Shown here: piece by piece, positions 36,195 through 45,126 of the stretch | Numbering within the stretch: position 1 is the stretch's first letter | Layout of the letters: each line of letters starts with the position of its first letter | Assembly (NCBI GenBank): GCA_039586365.1 | Contig: JBDHKN010000043.1 | Coordinates: forward strand, 1 to 48,766 | Direction of reading: 5' to 3' | Source of the DNA: Gemmatimonadota bacterium | GTDB taxonomy: Bacteria > Gemmatimonadota > Gemmatimonadetes > Gemmatimonadales > GWC2-71-9 | Length of the DNA stretch: 48,766 bases | Program-made: the position numbers and the translations under genes | The notes under the pieces: model-generated | What the model saw: only the letters and a program-made list of their open reading frames with translations | Told to the model about the DNA's origin: nothing | Databases searched by the model: none

Positions 36195-37787
36195 CTAGCC
36201 GCGGTTAACGATCTTGTCCACCTCGCGCTTTGCGTCCAGCTCGCGATCGATGCGTTCTCCGATTTCCTTCGCACGCTCCAGGTGCAGCGTCAGGTCGTTG
36301 ACCGAGCCGACGCCCGCGCGCAGGCGGAGCAAGGCGAGGCGCACGTTCTCGAGCGCTGCAACCGTTTCCGTCAACCGGTGCCCCGTCTCCTTCCTAGCGC
36401 GGAGCAGCTCGGCTTGCCGCTCGAGGTCATGCACCACCAGCGGTACGTCGCCCAATCGCTTGCGATCCGGAGCTGGCAGTGCCTCGTAAACCTCGACCAC
36501 CGCGCGGCCCAGCACGAACTCCGTGGCATCATTCGAGGGAAGCGCCCGCGTTTCGGGTGGCTTGATCCCGACGCCGGCTACACCGAAGAACCAGCGTCCG
36601 AACCGTCCGGCCCACACACGGTGCCACAGGCTGTCGAGGCGCCTAATCCAGCGCCGCTTCAAGATCACCTCAGCCTCCTCCTGTTGCACCTGCGCCTCGG
36701 CGAGTAGAGCCGCACGGATGTCGTCGAATGCATAACCCTCCCGGAGGAGCCGGCGTGCCAGGAGGACTAGTTGAACGACGAGGATCGTACCGATGATGCC
36801 GGGTCCCCCGATGCTAATCTGTACACCACCCGCACCGACAGAAGCGCCCGGCCCAGCCAGCGCGACGGCCACCAGCACCATGGTCGAGACTTCGGCGTTC
36901 CGAACGAAGCTCCTGACGAGCGGCGGTGCGCGAAAATCGCGGCCCCGCGCCTCACCGACCGCCCGGGCGACGTCCTCGCCTGTCTGGATGCGGTCTTCCG
37001 GCGCCTTCTCGAGACACTGGTCGATGACTGCGGCCAGCCGCGGCGGTGTGTCGGGACGGATCTCCTGCACGCCCGGCGGAGCCTGGGACACGTGTTGTGC
37101 GAGGAGAGCGGGCAGGTTCGCCCCCTCGAATGGTGCGCGGCCTGTGAGCGCGTAGAAGAAAGTGGCGCCGAGCGAGTAGAGATCGCTCCGCGCATCGACC
37201 ACATCACCGCAGGCCTGTTCGGGACTCATGTAACGCGCCGTACCAATGATCTCGCCTGTAGACTCTTGGTCCTGCTGCGGCCCCACCTGTGCGATCCCGA
37301 AGTCCGTCACCAGTGCGCGATCGGTGGACTGATCGATCATGACGTTGTCGGGCTTGACGTCCCGATGCACCACGCCACGCTCGTGTGCGTACGCCAGTGC
37401 CCAGGCCACTTCTTGCATGACTTTCATCGCGTGGCGTGGCGTGAGCGGCCCGGCGCGCTCGACCCGCTCGTGCAGCGTCTCTCCGTCAACGTAACCCATG
37501 ACGAAGAACACGAGGTCGCCGTGCTCTTCGACCGTGTGGATCGGCACGATGTTGGGATGTGAGAGACCCGCCGCCGTCCGCGCTTCGCGCAAGAACTGCT
37601 CACGTCTTGTGGTTACTGCCGCCAGCGCGGACGGAAGCAGCTTGATTGCTACCAACCGGTCGAGAGCAACATCCCGCGCCAGCAGCACGATCCCCATGCC
37701 GCCGCGGCCGAGTTCCCGCTCGATCGAGTAGCGGCCTGCCAGGGTCTCCTGCAGGGCGAGGAACTCGCCGCTTATCACATCGGACAT
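36195..37787 (-). CDS. Serine/threonine protein kinase (Hanks type) with membrane-associated C-terminus
   Basis: LGRGGMG, VAIK, HPNIV, HRDVKPDN, DFG, GTARYMSPEQ, DLYSLG. Confidence 0.95.
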   Translation of the reverse strand: MSDVISGEFLALQETLAGRYSIERELGRGGMGIVLLARDVALDRLVAIKLLPSALAAVTTRREQFLREARTAAGLSHPNIVPIHTVEEHGDLVFFVMGYVDGETLHERVERAGPLTPRHAMKVMQEVAWALAYAHERGVVHRDVKPDNVMIDQSTDRALVTDFGIAQVGPQQDQESTGEIIGTARYMSPEQACGDVVDARSDLYSLGATFFYALTGRAPFEGANLPALLAQHVSQAPPGVQEIRPDTPPRLAAVIDQCLEKAPEDRIQTGEDVARAVGEARGRDFRAPPLVRSFVRNAEVSTMVLVAVALAGPGASVGAGGVQISIGGPGIIGTILVVQLVLLARRLLREGYAFDDIRAALLAEAQVQQEEAEVILKRRWIRRLDSLWHRVWAGRFGRWFFGVAGVGIKPPETRALPSNDATEFVLGRAVVEVYEALPAPDRKRLGDVPLVVHDLERQAELLRARKETGHRLTETVAALENVRLALLRLRAGVGSVNDLTLHLERAKEIGERIDRELDAKREVDKIVNRG

Positions 37788-37924
37788 GTCATCAAACATA
37801 GCAGCAAAGGGAGCTACGGTGGCAATGATTGCGCTGATCTCAGTTATACTGCAGAGTAGGTGCGCACAGCTTGTACACTGCATTGTTAACCGGCTGCGGC
37901 GAACGTCTGAGATTGGCGGATAAT

Positions 37925-38542
37925 ATGGAATCTCCGTTCTCCAAACCCTTTGCCGACGAGCCAAAGGAACCGGTCCTTGCTGTGTATCGGTACGTGCTCG
38001 AGGCTTTCCCAACGCTTGGGAGGGCACCTACTCTCGCAGAGACAAAGCGGGATCTAGGGCTCGAGGAGCGGGCGGTAACCGATGCACTGAAGTCGCTGGA
38101 GGGACACGATGCGTTGAGACTGGACCCTGCCACGGGCTGGATTGGCGAAGCGTATCCATACTCGCCGGGTGAAACCAGACATGAGGTGGTGTTCAGGCCA
38201 GGCAAACGAGTCTACTGCATGTGTGCGATCGATTGCTTCTATGTACCGTTCCTGACGGACTCTGATGTTGCCATTTACTCCAGCTGCCATCTCTGTGAAC
38301 GTGCCATAGAGATTCAAGTTGCAGGACAGAAGTTATTGGTCGTTGAACCCTCCTCCACCCTCGTGTGGGACAGTGACGCTCCATACGACTGTCCCAGGAC
38401 AAACTTCTTCTGCTGCGAGGCGCACTTGCGCGAATGGAGGGAAAGAACGCCAGACGAAGCTGGCACGGCTCGCTCGCTCGATGGAGCGCTGGAACGAGGC
38501 CGGGCGGCAGCAGTCCAAATCAGGCGGGCGATCGGTCCATGA
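37925..38542 (+). CDS. MerB-like (alkylmercury lyase family) protein
   Basis: N-terminal wHTH-like region, AYPYS...TRH, MCAID (cf. WCALD), SSCHLC, CPRTNFF...W. Confidence 0.8.
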   Translation: MESPFSKPFADEPKEPVLAVYRYVLEAFPTLGRAPTLAETKRDLGLEERAVTDALKSLEGHDALRLDPATGWIGEAYPYSPGETRHEVVFRPGKRVYCMCAIDCFYVPFLTDSDVAIYSSCHLCERAIEIQVAGQKLLVVEPSSTLVWDSDAPYDCPRTNFFCCEAHLREWRERTPDEAGTARSLDGALERGRAAAVQIRRAIGP

Positions 38543-39038
38543 CGCATGTCTGGCACGTGTCTAGCTCATAGGTGAAACGACTTATCCATGATCACAACGG
38601 TGAGTCGGGAGGTGCCGGCCATTCCTGTTCGGCCTTACGGAATCACGCCAAATACCTGTCCCTACATGCCGAGGACCGTCTCTTTCGTGTCATCCATCTT
38701 CTCGAGAGTTCATGGTCTCCACACTACAGATCTTTGTTCTCCCACAACGTGATCCTGTTGCTGGTGAACGCAGCGCGAGTTGCGCTCGGCTTTCAGGATG
38801 TGAAGGCGGGTCGGACTACAGTGTAGTTGAAATGCCTGTCGGGCCGGCCGGACCCGCGACGTTCCACGATACCTTGACCAGAAGCGGAATTCGGGGAGTA
38901 TTGTGCGGTGTAGACGCAGATGAGCTGTCAGCATAATTGAGTCCGGGAGATCCTTGGTGGCCTCGACCCTAGCGGTCGGGGCCTCTTGTGTCTGATCCTG
39001 GCACCAAGGCGAACCTGGGGGAAGCAAGGCGGAAGAAG

Positions 39039-40121
39039 ATGAGTCTCTTTGTCATTTCGGTGGTCACGGTACTGGTCGTGTCAGCCTTCTGCTCGTTGTC
39101 GGAGGCGGCGCTGTACGCCGTTGCACCTGGTTACGTGCGCCAATTGACGGACTCCGGAACGATACAGGGGAGGATCCTCACTCGGTTCAAGGAGAACATG
39201 GGTCCGCCGATCACCGGCATCTTGATCCTCAACACTTTGGCCAACACCGCGGGTGCCTCGATCGCAGGTGCCCAGGCGAGGTTCCTCTTCGGTGAAGCGG
39301 CGATCTTCTGGTTTGCGGCACTGTTTACGCTGGCCGTGCTGGTTCTGTCAGAGATCGTGCCGAAAGTGATCGGCATCAGCCGAAACCGCGCTGTGGCCCG
39401 AGCCGCCGCCGTCCCGCTCGATGCGGTGGTCCGAATTCTCCGGCCGATTGTGTGGTTTGCGCACCGTCTCTCCGCCACGTTGGCCGTCGGTGGTGAACCT
39501 GTGGCGCCCGAGTCGGAGGTGTGGCGGATAGCAGATTTGAGCGCCGAGGAAGGCAGCATCCTCGAGTCTGAAGCGGAGCTGGTTAAGAATGTGCTCAGTC
39601 TGGACGAGATCAAGGCGCGCGATATCATGACCCCGCGCCCGGTGGTCTTCAAGAAAGCGGGCGATATCACGGTAAGAGACATGTCCCCGGATGCGTGGGC
39701 GCTACCGCACGCGCGAATCCCGATCCACGCCGCGGCTGACGGCGATGACTGGACAGGCTTGGTTCTACGAAGGGACATCCTCGCGTGCCTTGGTAGGGAT
39801 GAGTTCGACACGACGCTCCAATCTCTGGCGAAGCCGCTCGCCTTCGTTCCCGAGACGCTGAACGGGCACGAGCTGCTTAACCTGTTTGTACGACTCCGCA
39901 AGCATCTCTTTGGCGTCATTGATGAGTATGGGAACATCATCGGGATCGTAACTCTGGAGGACGTGCTCGAATCGTTGATCGGCGAAGAGATCGTGGACGA
40001 GACGGACAAGGTAGTTGACATGCGTGATGTGGCGCGCAAACGGAGCCTGCAGCAGTACGGCGATGCCTTACCGCAGCCCGACGAGTCGATTCGGCCGGAA
40101 GGTGGCGAAGAGAGTGATTGA
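39039..40121 (+). CDS. CNNM/CorC-HlyC family protein (DUF21 plus CBS pair)
   Basis: SAFCSLSEAAL, ILILNTLAN, LSEIVPK, DIMTPR, VIDEYG...GIVTLEDVLE.LIG.EI.DETD. Confidence 0.93.
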   Translation: MSLFVISVVTVLVVSAFCSLSEAALYAVAPGYVRQLTDSGTIQGRILTRFKENMGPPITGILILNTLANTAGASIAGAQARFLFGEAAIFWFAALFTLAVLVLSEIVPKVIGISRNRAVARAAAVPLDAVVRILRPIVWFAHRLSATLAVGGEPVAPESEVWRIADLSAEEGSILESEAELVKNVLSLDEIKARDIMTPRPVVFKKAGDITVRDMSPDAWALPHARIPIHAAADGDDWTGLVLRRDILACLGRDEFDTTLQSLAKPLAFVPETLNGHELLNLFVRLRKHLFGVIDEYGNIIGIVTLEDVLESLIGEEIVDETDKVVDMRDVARKRSLQQYGDALPQPDESIRPEGGEESD

Positions 40122-40155
40122 TTACGAGATCCGTATGACCGCGGCTGGCTGATCG

Positions 40156-41769
40156 ATGAATCCGACTCGAATCGCACAGTTCGCCGACCTGCAAGACCGG
40201 ACGCCCCAACATGCGCTCGTCGGGAACACCGATCTGGTCGTGATCCGCTACGGTGACCAGGTCTCCGTTCTCTACGGGCGCTGTCTCCACCGCGGGGCAC
40301 TCCTCTCCGACGGTTACGTCACGGGCGACAACCTGATTTGCGGTGTGCACTCGTGGGATTTCCGCTACGATACCGGCATTAGCGAGTACAACCCCACTGA
40401 ACGGCTGCAGAAGTTTGCGGCGTGGGTTGAAGATGGCGGCGTGTTCGTCGATGGGGACGAGATCGTCCAGTGGGAACGCGACACCCCGCAGGCCTACGAC
40501 CGCGTGGCGTACCAGGGGGCGTACCAAGACCTGCACGGCACGCCCGAGGAGCCGTACGTCAGCGCCATCCGCGAGCTCGCGAGCCATGGGCTCGAGAAGA
40601 CCGGCGCGCACGGCCCGGTCGCCGCGATGGGTGTACCGCGGCAGCAGCTTCCTTCGTGGGACGACCTCCAGTTCGTCACGGCACAGCTCCACAAGTTCCC
40701 CCAACTCGACGACGTTGATGTCGGGACCGACCTGGTCATCGGTCCCAGAGCGAAGCAGCCTTTGCGGCTCGAAATCCCGCTCTTCGTCTCGGATATGAGC
40801 TTCGGCGCGCTGTCGCAAGAAGCAAAGGTGGCGCTGGCGAAGGGTGCGGAGCTCGCGGGCACCGGGATCGCATCGGGTGAGGGGGGCATGCTGCCTGAAG
40901 AACAGGAGTCGAACAGCCGGTACCTCTACGAGCTGGCGTCGGGGCGCTTTGGCTTTTCGTGGGACAAGCTCGACAAGGTGCAGGCGTTCCACTTCAAGGG
41001 CGGTCAGGGCGCCAAGACCGGTACAGGCGGGCATCTCCCGGGCGAGAAAGTGAAAGGCAAGATCGCTGAGGTGCGGGGATTGCAAGAGGGTGAACCCGCG
41101 GTCTCACCGGCGCGCTTTCCTGATTGGGAGACTCTGGGCGAGTTCCGCGACTTCGCGGCCCAGGTGCGGGAGCGGACCGGTGGCATCCCGATCGGCTTCA
41201 AGCTCTCAGCCCAGCATATCGAACAGGACATCGACGCTGCTCTCGAGATCGGTGCGGACTACATCATTCTGGACGGTCGGGGGGGCGGCACGGGCGCGGC
41301 ACCGCTCATCTTTCGAGATCACATCTCAGTACCCACGATGCCCGCCATCGCCCGGGCGCGGCTCCACCTCGATCAGTCGGGCCACTCGGATGTGACATTG
41401 ATTGCGACCGGCGGGCTCCGCACCGCGGCAGACTTCGCCAAGGCCATGGCGTTGGGTGCCGACGGAATTGCCCTGAGCAATGCCGCCATGCAGGCGATCG
41501 GCTGTATCGGCATGCGTGCCTGTCATACCAACAACTGCCCCGTCGGGATTGCCACCCAGAAACCGCACCTCCGAGCGCGGCTCCCGGTGGAGGAAGCCGC
41601 TAAACGGCTCGACCGCTTTCTCCGCGCGTCGGTACACCTGATGCAGACGCTGGCCCGGGCTTGCGGCCACACGCGGCTCGATCAGTTCGACGCGGACGAC
41701 CTGACGACGTGGAAGAAAGAAATTGCTGGGCTCACGGGGGTGGAATACTCAGGGGTGGTAAAGGGCTAG
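40156..41769 (+). CDS. Rieske domain fused to an FMN-binding glutamate-synthase-like domain
   Basis: CLH...CGVH Rieske ligands; MSFGALS, SGEGG, GQGAKTGTGGHLP, DGRGGGTGAAP, CIGMRACHTNNCPVG. Confidence 0.92.
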   Translation: MNPTRIAQFADLQDRTPQHALVGNTDLVVIRYGDQVSVLYGRCLHRGALLSDGYVTGDNLICGVHSWDFRYDTGISEYNPTERLQKFAAWVEDGGVFVDGDEIVQWERDTPQAYDRVAYQGAYQDLHGTPEEPYVSAIRELASHGLEKTGAHGPVAAMGVPRQQLPSWDDLQFVTAQLHKFPQLDDVDVGTDLVIGPRAKQPLRLEIPLFVSDMSFGALSQEAKVALAKGAELAGTGIASGEGGMLPEEQESNSRYLYELASGRFGFSWDKLDKVQAFHFKGGQGAKTGTGGHLPGEKVKGKIAEVRGLQEGEPAVSPARFPDWETLGEFRDFAAQVRERTGGIPIGFKLSAQHIEQDIDAALEIGADYIILDGRGGGTGAAPLIFRDHISVPTMPAIARARLHLDQSGHSDVTLIATGGLRTAADFAKAMALGADGIALSNAAMQAIGCIGMRACHTNNCPVGIATQKPHLRARLPVEEAAKRLDRFLRASVHLMQTLARACGHTRLDQFDADDLTTWKKEIAGLTGVEYSGVVKG

Positions 41770-41879
41770 GAGCAGCAGGTGAAGAGCAGACCGTGACGAC
41801 TTGCTGCGGGCGCTCGCCGTGGCCGTCCGTGTCGCACGGCTGTTCGACCCGATAGGAAACAGCGTGGGGGAAGGATGCC

Positions 41880-42191
41880 ATGATTGCCAGGATTTGGCGC
41901 GGTCGGACACGCGCCGAGAACGCCGACGAATATGTGGAGTACGTGAACGAGACAGGCGTAGCTCAGCATCGCAGGACGCAAGGAAACCACGGTTCGATGG
42001 TCCTCAGGCGGGAGGTCGGCGGCGAGGTCGAGTTCCTGGTTGTCTCCCTGTGGGAATCGCTGGATGCAGTGCGAGCCTTCGCTGGCGAGCGTCCAGAAGT
42101 CGCCGTCTACTATCCTGAGGACGAGAAGTTCCTGCTGGAATTGGAGCCCGAAGTGCGCCACTACGAGGTTTCGGTCGCCGATCTGGCATGA
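41880..42191 (+). CDS. Antibiotic biosynthesis monooxygenase (ABM)-like protein
   Basis: MIARIWRG...EFLVVSLWESLDAVRAFAG...AVYYPED..FL.E...VRHYEV. Confidence 0.88.
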   Translation: MIARIWRGRTRAENADEYVEYVNETGVAQHRRTQGNHGSMVLRREVGGEVEFLVVSLWESLDAVRAFAGERPEVAVYYPEDEKFLLELEPEVRHYEVSVADLA

Positions 42192-42345
42192 TGGGACGCG
42201 GCGCAGTTCGAACTTTGAGCGTCTTACGGCCGTCCAACTGGGAGAAGCACAACAGAGGAAAGTTCGGTCTGCCGCCGTGGTGCAACGGCCACGGGCGTGG
42301 CAGCGGTCAGGCGACGGTACTCCACCCCTAACTGGGCACAGGACA

Positions 42346-43725
42346 ATGGAGAATACGGGAATGGTGCGCACCATTATGCTGCTGGGTGGTGCGCTTGCGA
42401 TATCTGCCAGCCTACCCGCACGCCCGGCTCGCGCTCAAGTGGAAGTGCGAGAGCCGGAGAGCCTCGCAGCCGCCGTCGAGACCTTTCTCACGCCCTACGT
42501 TTCGTCGGGGAATTTCAGCGGAGTGATACTCGTTGCCCGGGAAGGAGACGTACTGCTGGAGGCGGGATACGGCAACGCGGACTACGAGCTGGGCGTCGCG
42601 ACGCGCGGCGAGCACCGCTACTTCATCGGATCAATCAGCAAGACTTTCACGGCTGCCGCAGTGCTGCTGCTCCAGGAGCAGGGAAGGATCGATCTCGCCG
42701 CACCCGTCACCAGCTATGTCGGCGACTTCCCGCACGGTGACCGCATCACGGTGCGGCAACTTCTGGCGCATCGCTCCGGCCTTCCGAATCTGCATTTCAG
42801 GCCGGACTACGCGGAACTCGCGGTGCGGCATTACGACCGTCCTGCCGATGTCATGGAGCTGGTGCGGCACGAGGAACTCGCATCCGATCCGGGTGCGCGC
42901 TACGCGTACAACAACCTGAACTACACAGCACTGGCCTGGCTCATCGAGCAGGTCACGGGCGTTCGCTACGAAGAATTCCTCCGGCGTGAGTTCTTGGATC
43001 CGCTTGATCTCGGTGGTGTGGGTGTAGTCGGCGCGCCGACCGACTTGATACCGAATCTGGCGAAAGGGTACGATCCGGTCGGGGTGGGAGGGTTCCGCAA
43101 GGAGCGCTACGCCGACCGTTCAATCTCGCTAGGGGCGAGCGGCGCGTATGCCACGGCGCGGGACCTGTGGCGATGGATTGACGCCGTCACGCGCCGCCGG
43201 GTGTTGGCCGCGCTCCCCGACTCAGTCGTGTTCGAGCACGTAGGGCAGTCACAGAAGGTCCACGGCCATTCAGCGATGGTTGCCACCGGTTGGGACGGCA
43301 TAGGATACTCGGCGCATCTCTTCTACCTGTTCGAGGAACATCTCGCAGTCGTGGCCTTGGGCAACCTCAACATCGCGACGGTGGTGGGGGAGATCGCGCG
43401 AGGCGTTACCGCCATTGCGTTGGGAGAGCGGCCCACCGCAACGGTTCTCGCACTGGGGCCGTTGCCTGAGGACTCACTTGATGCGCTGGTTGGGGAGTAT
43501 CGGTTCGGCGCCGACTTCTACGTACCCGACGGTACGCTTGAGATCGTAGCGCGGGATGGGGGGTTGTTCGATCTCAGCCGGAAGCCGGCAGCGGCGCTCA
43601 TTCCGCTGGCGGACGGAGGTTTCCTGTACCGGCCGGTTTGGGCGGCAGTCCGCTTTCTGAGAGACGACACCGGCAGGGTGACGGGCCTAACCTTCTACGA
43701 TCGGTTCGTGGCGATGAAACAGTGA
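42346..43725 (+). CDS. Secreted serine hydrolase (beta-lactamase family) with C-terminal extension
   Basis: Signal peptide, FSGVILVA, IGSISK, LLAHRSG, YAYNNLNY. Confidence 0.92.
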   Translation: MENTGMVRTIMLLGGALAISASLPARPARAQVEVREPESLAAAVETFLTPYVSSGNFSGVILVAREGDVLLEAGYGNADYELGVATRGEHRYFIGSISKTFTAAAVLLLQEQGRIDLAAPVTSYVGDFPHGDRITVRQLLAHRSGLPNLHFRPDYAELAVRHYDRPADVMELVRHEELASDPGARYAYNNLNYTALAWLIEQVTGVRYEEFLRREFLDPLDLGGVGVVGAPTDLIPNLAKGYDPVGVGGFRKERYADRSISLGASGAYATARDLWRWIDAVTRRRVLAALPDSVVFEHVGQSQKVHGHSAMVATGWDGIGYSAHLFYLFEEHLAVVALGNLNIATVVGEIARGVTAIALGERPTATVLALGPLPEDSLDALVGEYRFGADFYVPDGTLEIVARDGGLFDLSRKPAAALIPLADGGFLYRPVWAAVRFLRDDTGRVTGLTFYDRFVAMKQ

Positions 43726-43729
43726 CTCC

Positions 43730-43845
43730 CTGCAACACAGTTTCGAGGCAGATGATTCTCTCACTTCATTCCGCTCGCTACGCCTCGATCGGATCCGCCC
43801 GAACGGACCTTGCTGACCATCGCAGCTTGATCTGGTGGCTGCGTC
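43730..43845 (+). other. Degenerate attC-like hairpin
   Basis: CTGCAAC just after the stop; GAGGCAGATG / CATCGCAGCTT arms; central CGCTCGCTACGC; distal GCTGCG where GTT would be expected. Confidence 0.4.
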
Positions 43846-43894
43846 GCTTCGCGACTATCTATTGAAGCAACCTATCCGACCCTCGGAGCCCACC

Positions 43895-44122
43895 ATGGAG
43901 TCTATCGCATCCCACCTTGTAGTCGGCCTGCTCGGTGCTGCCATCGTGTGGTACCTCGACCGCCCGACTCGCCGCCAGTTTCGTCTGCTCATGGAAGCTG
44001 TTGATGAAGGCAAGCAGGAAGGCAAAGACTGGCGCTTCGTGCGGGATGGGTCCGGTCGACCTACGGGAATCCGAATTATGTATGGCGCTTCGGCCGCGAC
44101 GGACAAGCCCGGCGTGTTGTAG
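43895..44122 (+). CDS. Small membrane-anchored hypothetical protein
   Basis: GGAG RBS, N-terminal TM (LVVGLLGAAIVWYL). Confidence 0.55.
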   Translation: MESIASHLVVGLLGAAIVWYLDRPTRRQFRLLMEAVDEGKQEGKDWRFVRDGSGRPTGIRIMYGASAATDKPGVL

Positions 44123-44177
44123 CAGGCGCCGCAGAGCCGGACGGGCATCGTCGAGCCGTTTCGCAGAGAGGGGTCGA

Positions 44178-44330
44178 CGGAAGTTACCGGCGTGTTGTCT
44201 CCATATCGCGGTGGCCGTGAGGGCAGGCAACAGTATGGAGTCGAGTACGGCGGTTGGCTGGACAGTGAGAGCTGTTGGTCTCCAAGGCGAAAGGAGAGTG
44301 ACGGACAACGGTGCCACCGCTTACAGGTAA
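44178..44330 (+). repeat. Dispersed non-coding element, copy C, with 31-aa micro-ORF
   Basis: ACCGGCGT-N2-TGTCTCCATA-N3-CGGTGGCC-N-TGAGGGCA matches 207-246 block for block; ATG at 44235. Confidence 0.8.
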
Positions 44331-44357
44331 CCCCCCGCTCCCGTCATTCTCTTGTCG

Positions 44358-44663
44358 CTAGCGACGGTGCGCTGCGCCGTTGCATTTCGGCAAGCGACCG
44401 TGGTCCAACAGCTTCTCCCGCAGCAGTTCCTGCAGCCGTGCCATCGGCTTGGCATGGGTCTCGACCCTGACACGGGTCGCTGACCGGGCGCAGTCAACGC
44501 TTGGCTGCGCCAGGTGATCACGCAGGCGCTCGCGGATGCTCTCCTCGGCCATTCCCACATAGAGAACTTCGCTGCGGGTCTCCAGCTGATAGACGCCGGG
44601 TGAATCCGGCGCTCGGGCTACGTACTCGTCGATGAACGGGTGTTGGTTTCCCTTGACAGGCAT
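44358..44663 (-). CDS. Stand-alone minimal GIY-YIG nuclease-like protein
   Basis: APDSPGVYQL...VLYVGMA...IRERLRDH...E...GRLPKCN. Confidence 0.75.
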   Translation of the reverse strand: MPVKGNQHPFIDEYVARAPDSPGVYQLETRSEVLYVGMAEESIRERLRDHLAQPSVDCARSATRVRVETHAKPMARLQELLREKLLDHGRLPKCNGAAHRR

Positions 44664-44769
44664 ACGACTTCCTTGCGGTGTGGTCCCACACCAAGCATAC
44701 GGTTCGGGGACAGGCGGCACCAGAGCCAGCCGGTGCTCGGGAGTCGACGGCGCTCAATAGCGCCCGTAG

Positions 44770-45008
44770 GGGGGCGCCCCGACACCTCTTGCGCAACCGA
44801 GCGATCAGTTTCTCGCAGCTGTCGATCTCGCAGGTTCGAACCCGCTCTGCAGCAGGATCTGAGACATCGGAATGCCGGGTCCACACCCGAGGTCGAGGAT
44901 CGTCGATCCGGAAGCCAACGTGCGAGCGGACTCCGCAACATCTGAAACGCCTGCGCCGAGAGTCCGTATTGCAGCATACCAGTCGAATATCTGGTCGTAC
45001 TCGTGCAT
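44770..45008 (-). pseudogene. Class I SAM-dependent methyltransferase, frameshifted N-terminal fragment
   Basis: MHEYDQIFDWY...ILDLGCGPGIP...GFE then shifts frame to IDSCEKLIARLR; no C-terminal half. Left boundary approximate. Confidence 0.7.
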
Positions 45009-45126
45009 ACTATCGCTGCGACGATTCCTCAAGCTGCCGGAGTGAGGGTCCTCTTGCGCCCGACCACCGGCTCGTGGTTACTGCCCGCCAGGCATTCACG
45101 CCGGCACAAGTAGAGGAGGAGGCACA

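Noticed and set aside
38572..38826. 84-aa ORF in a lower-GC gap
   Set aside because: No motif or clear RBS; cannot be supported.
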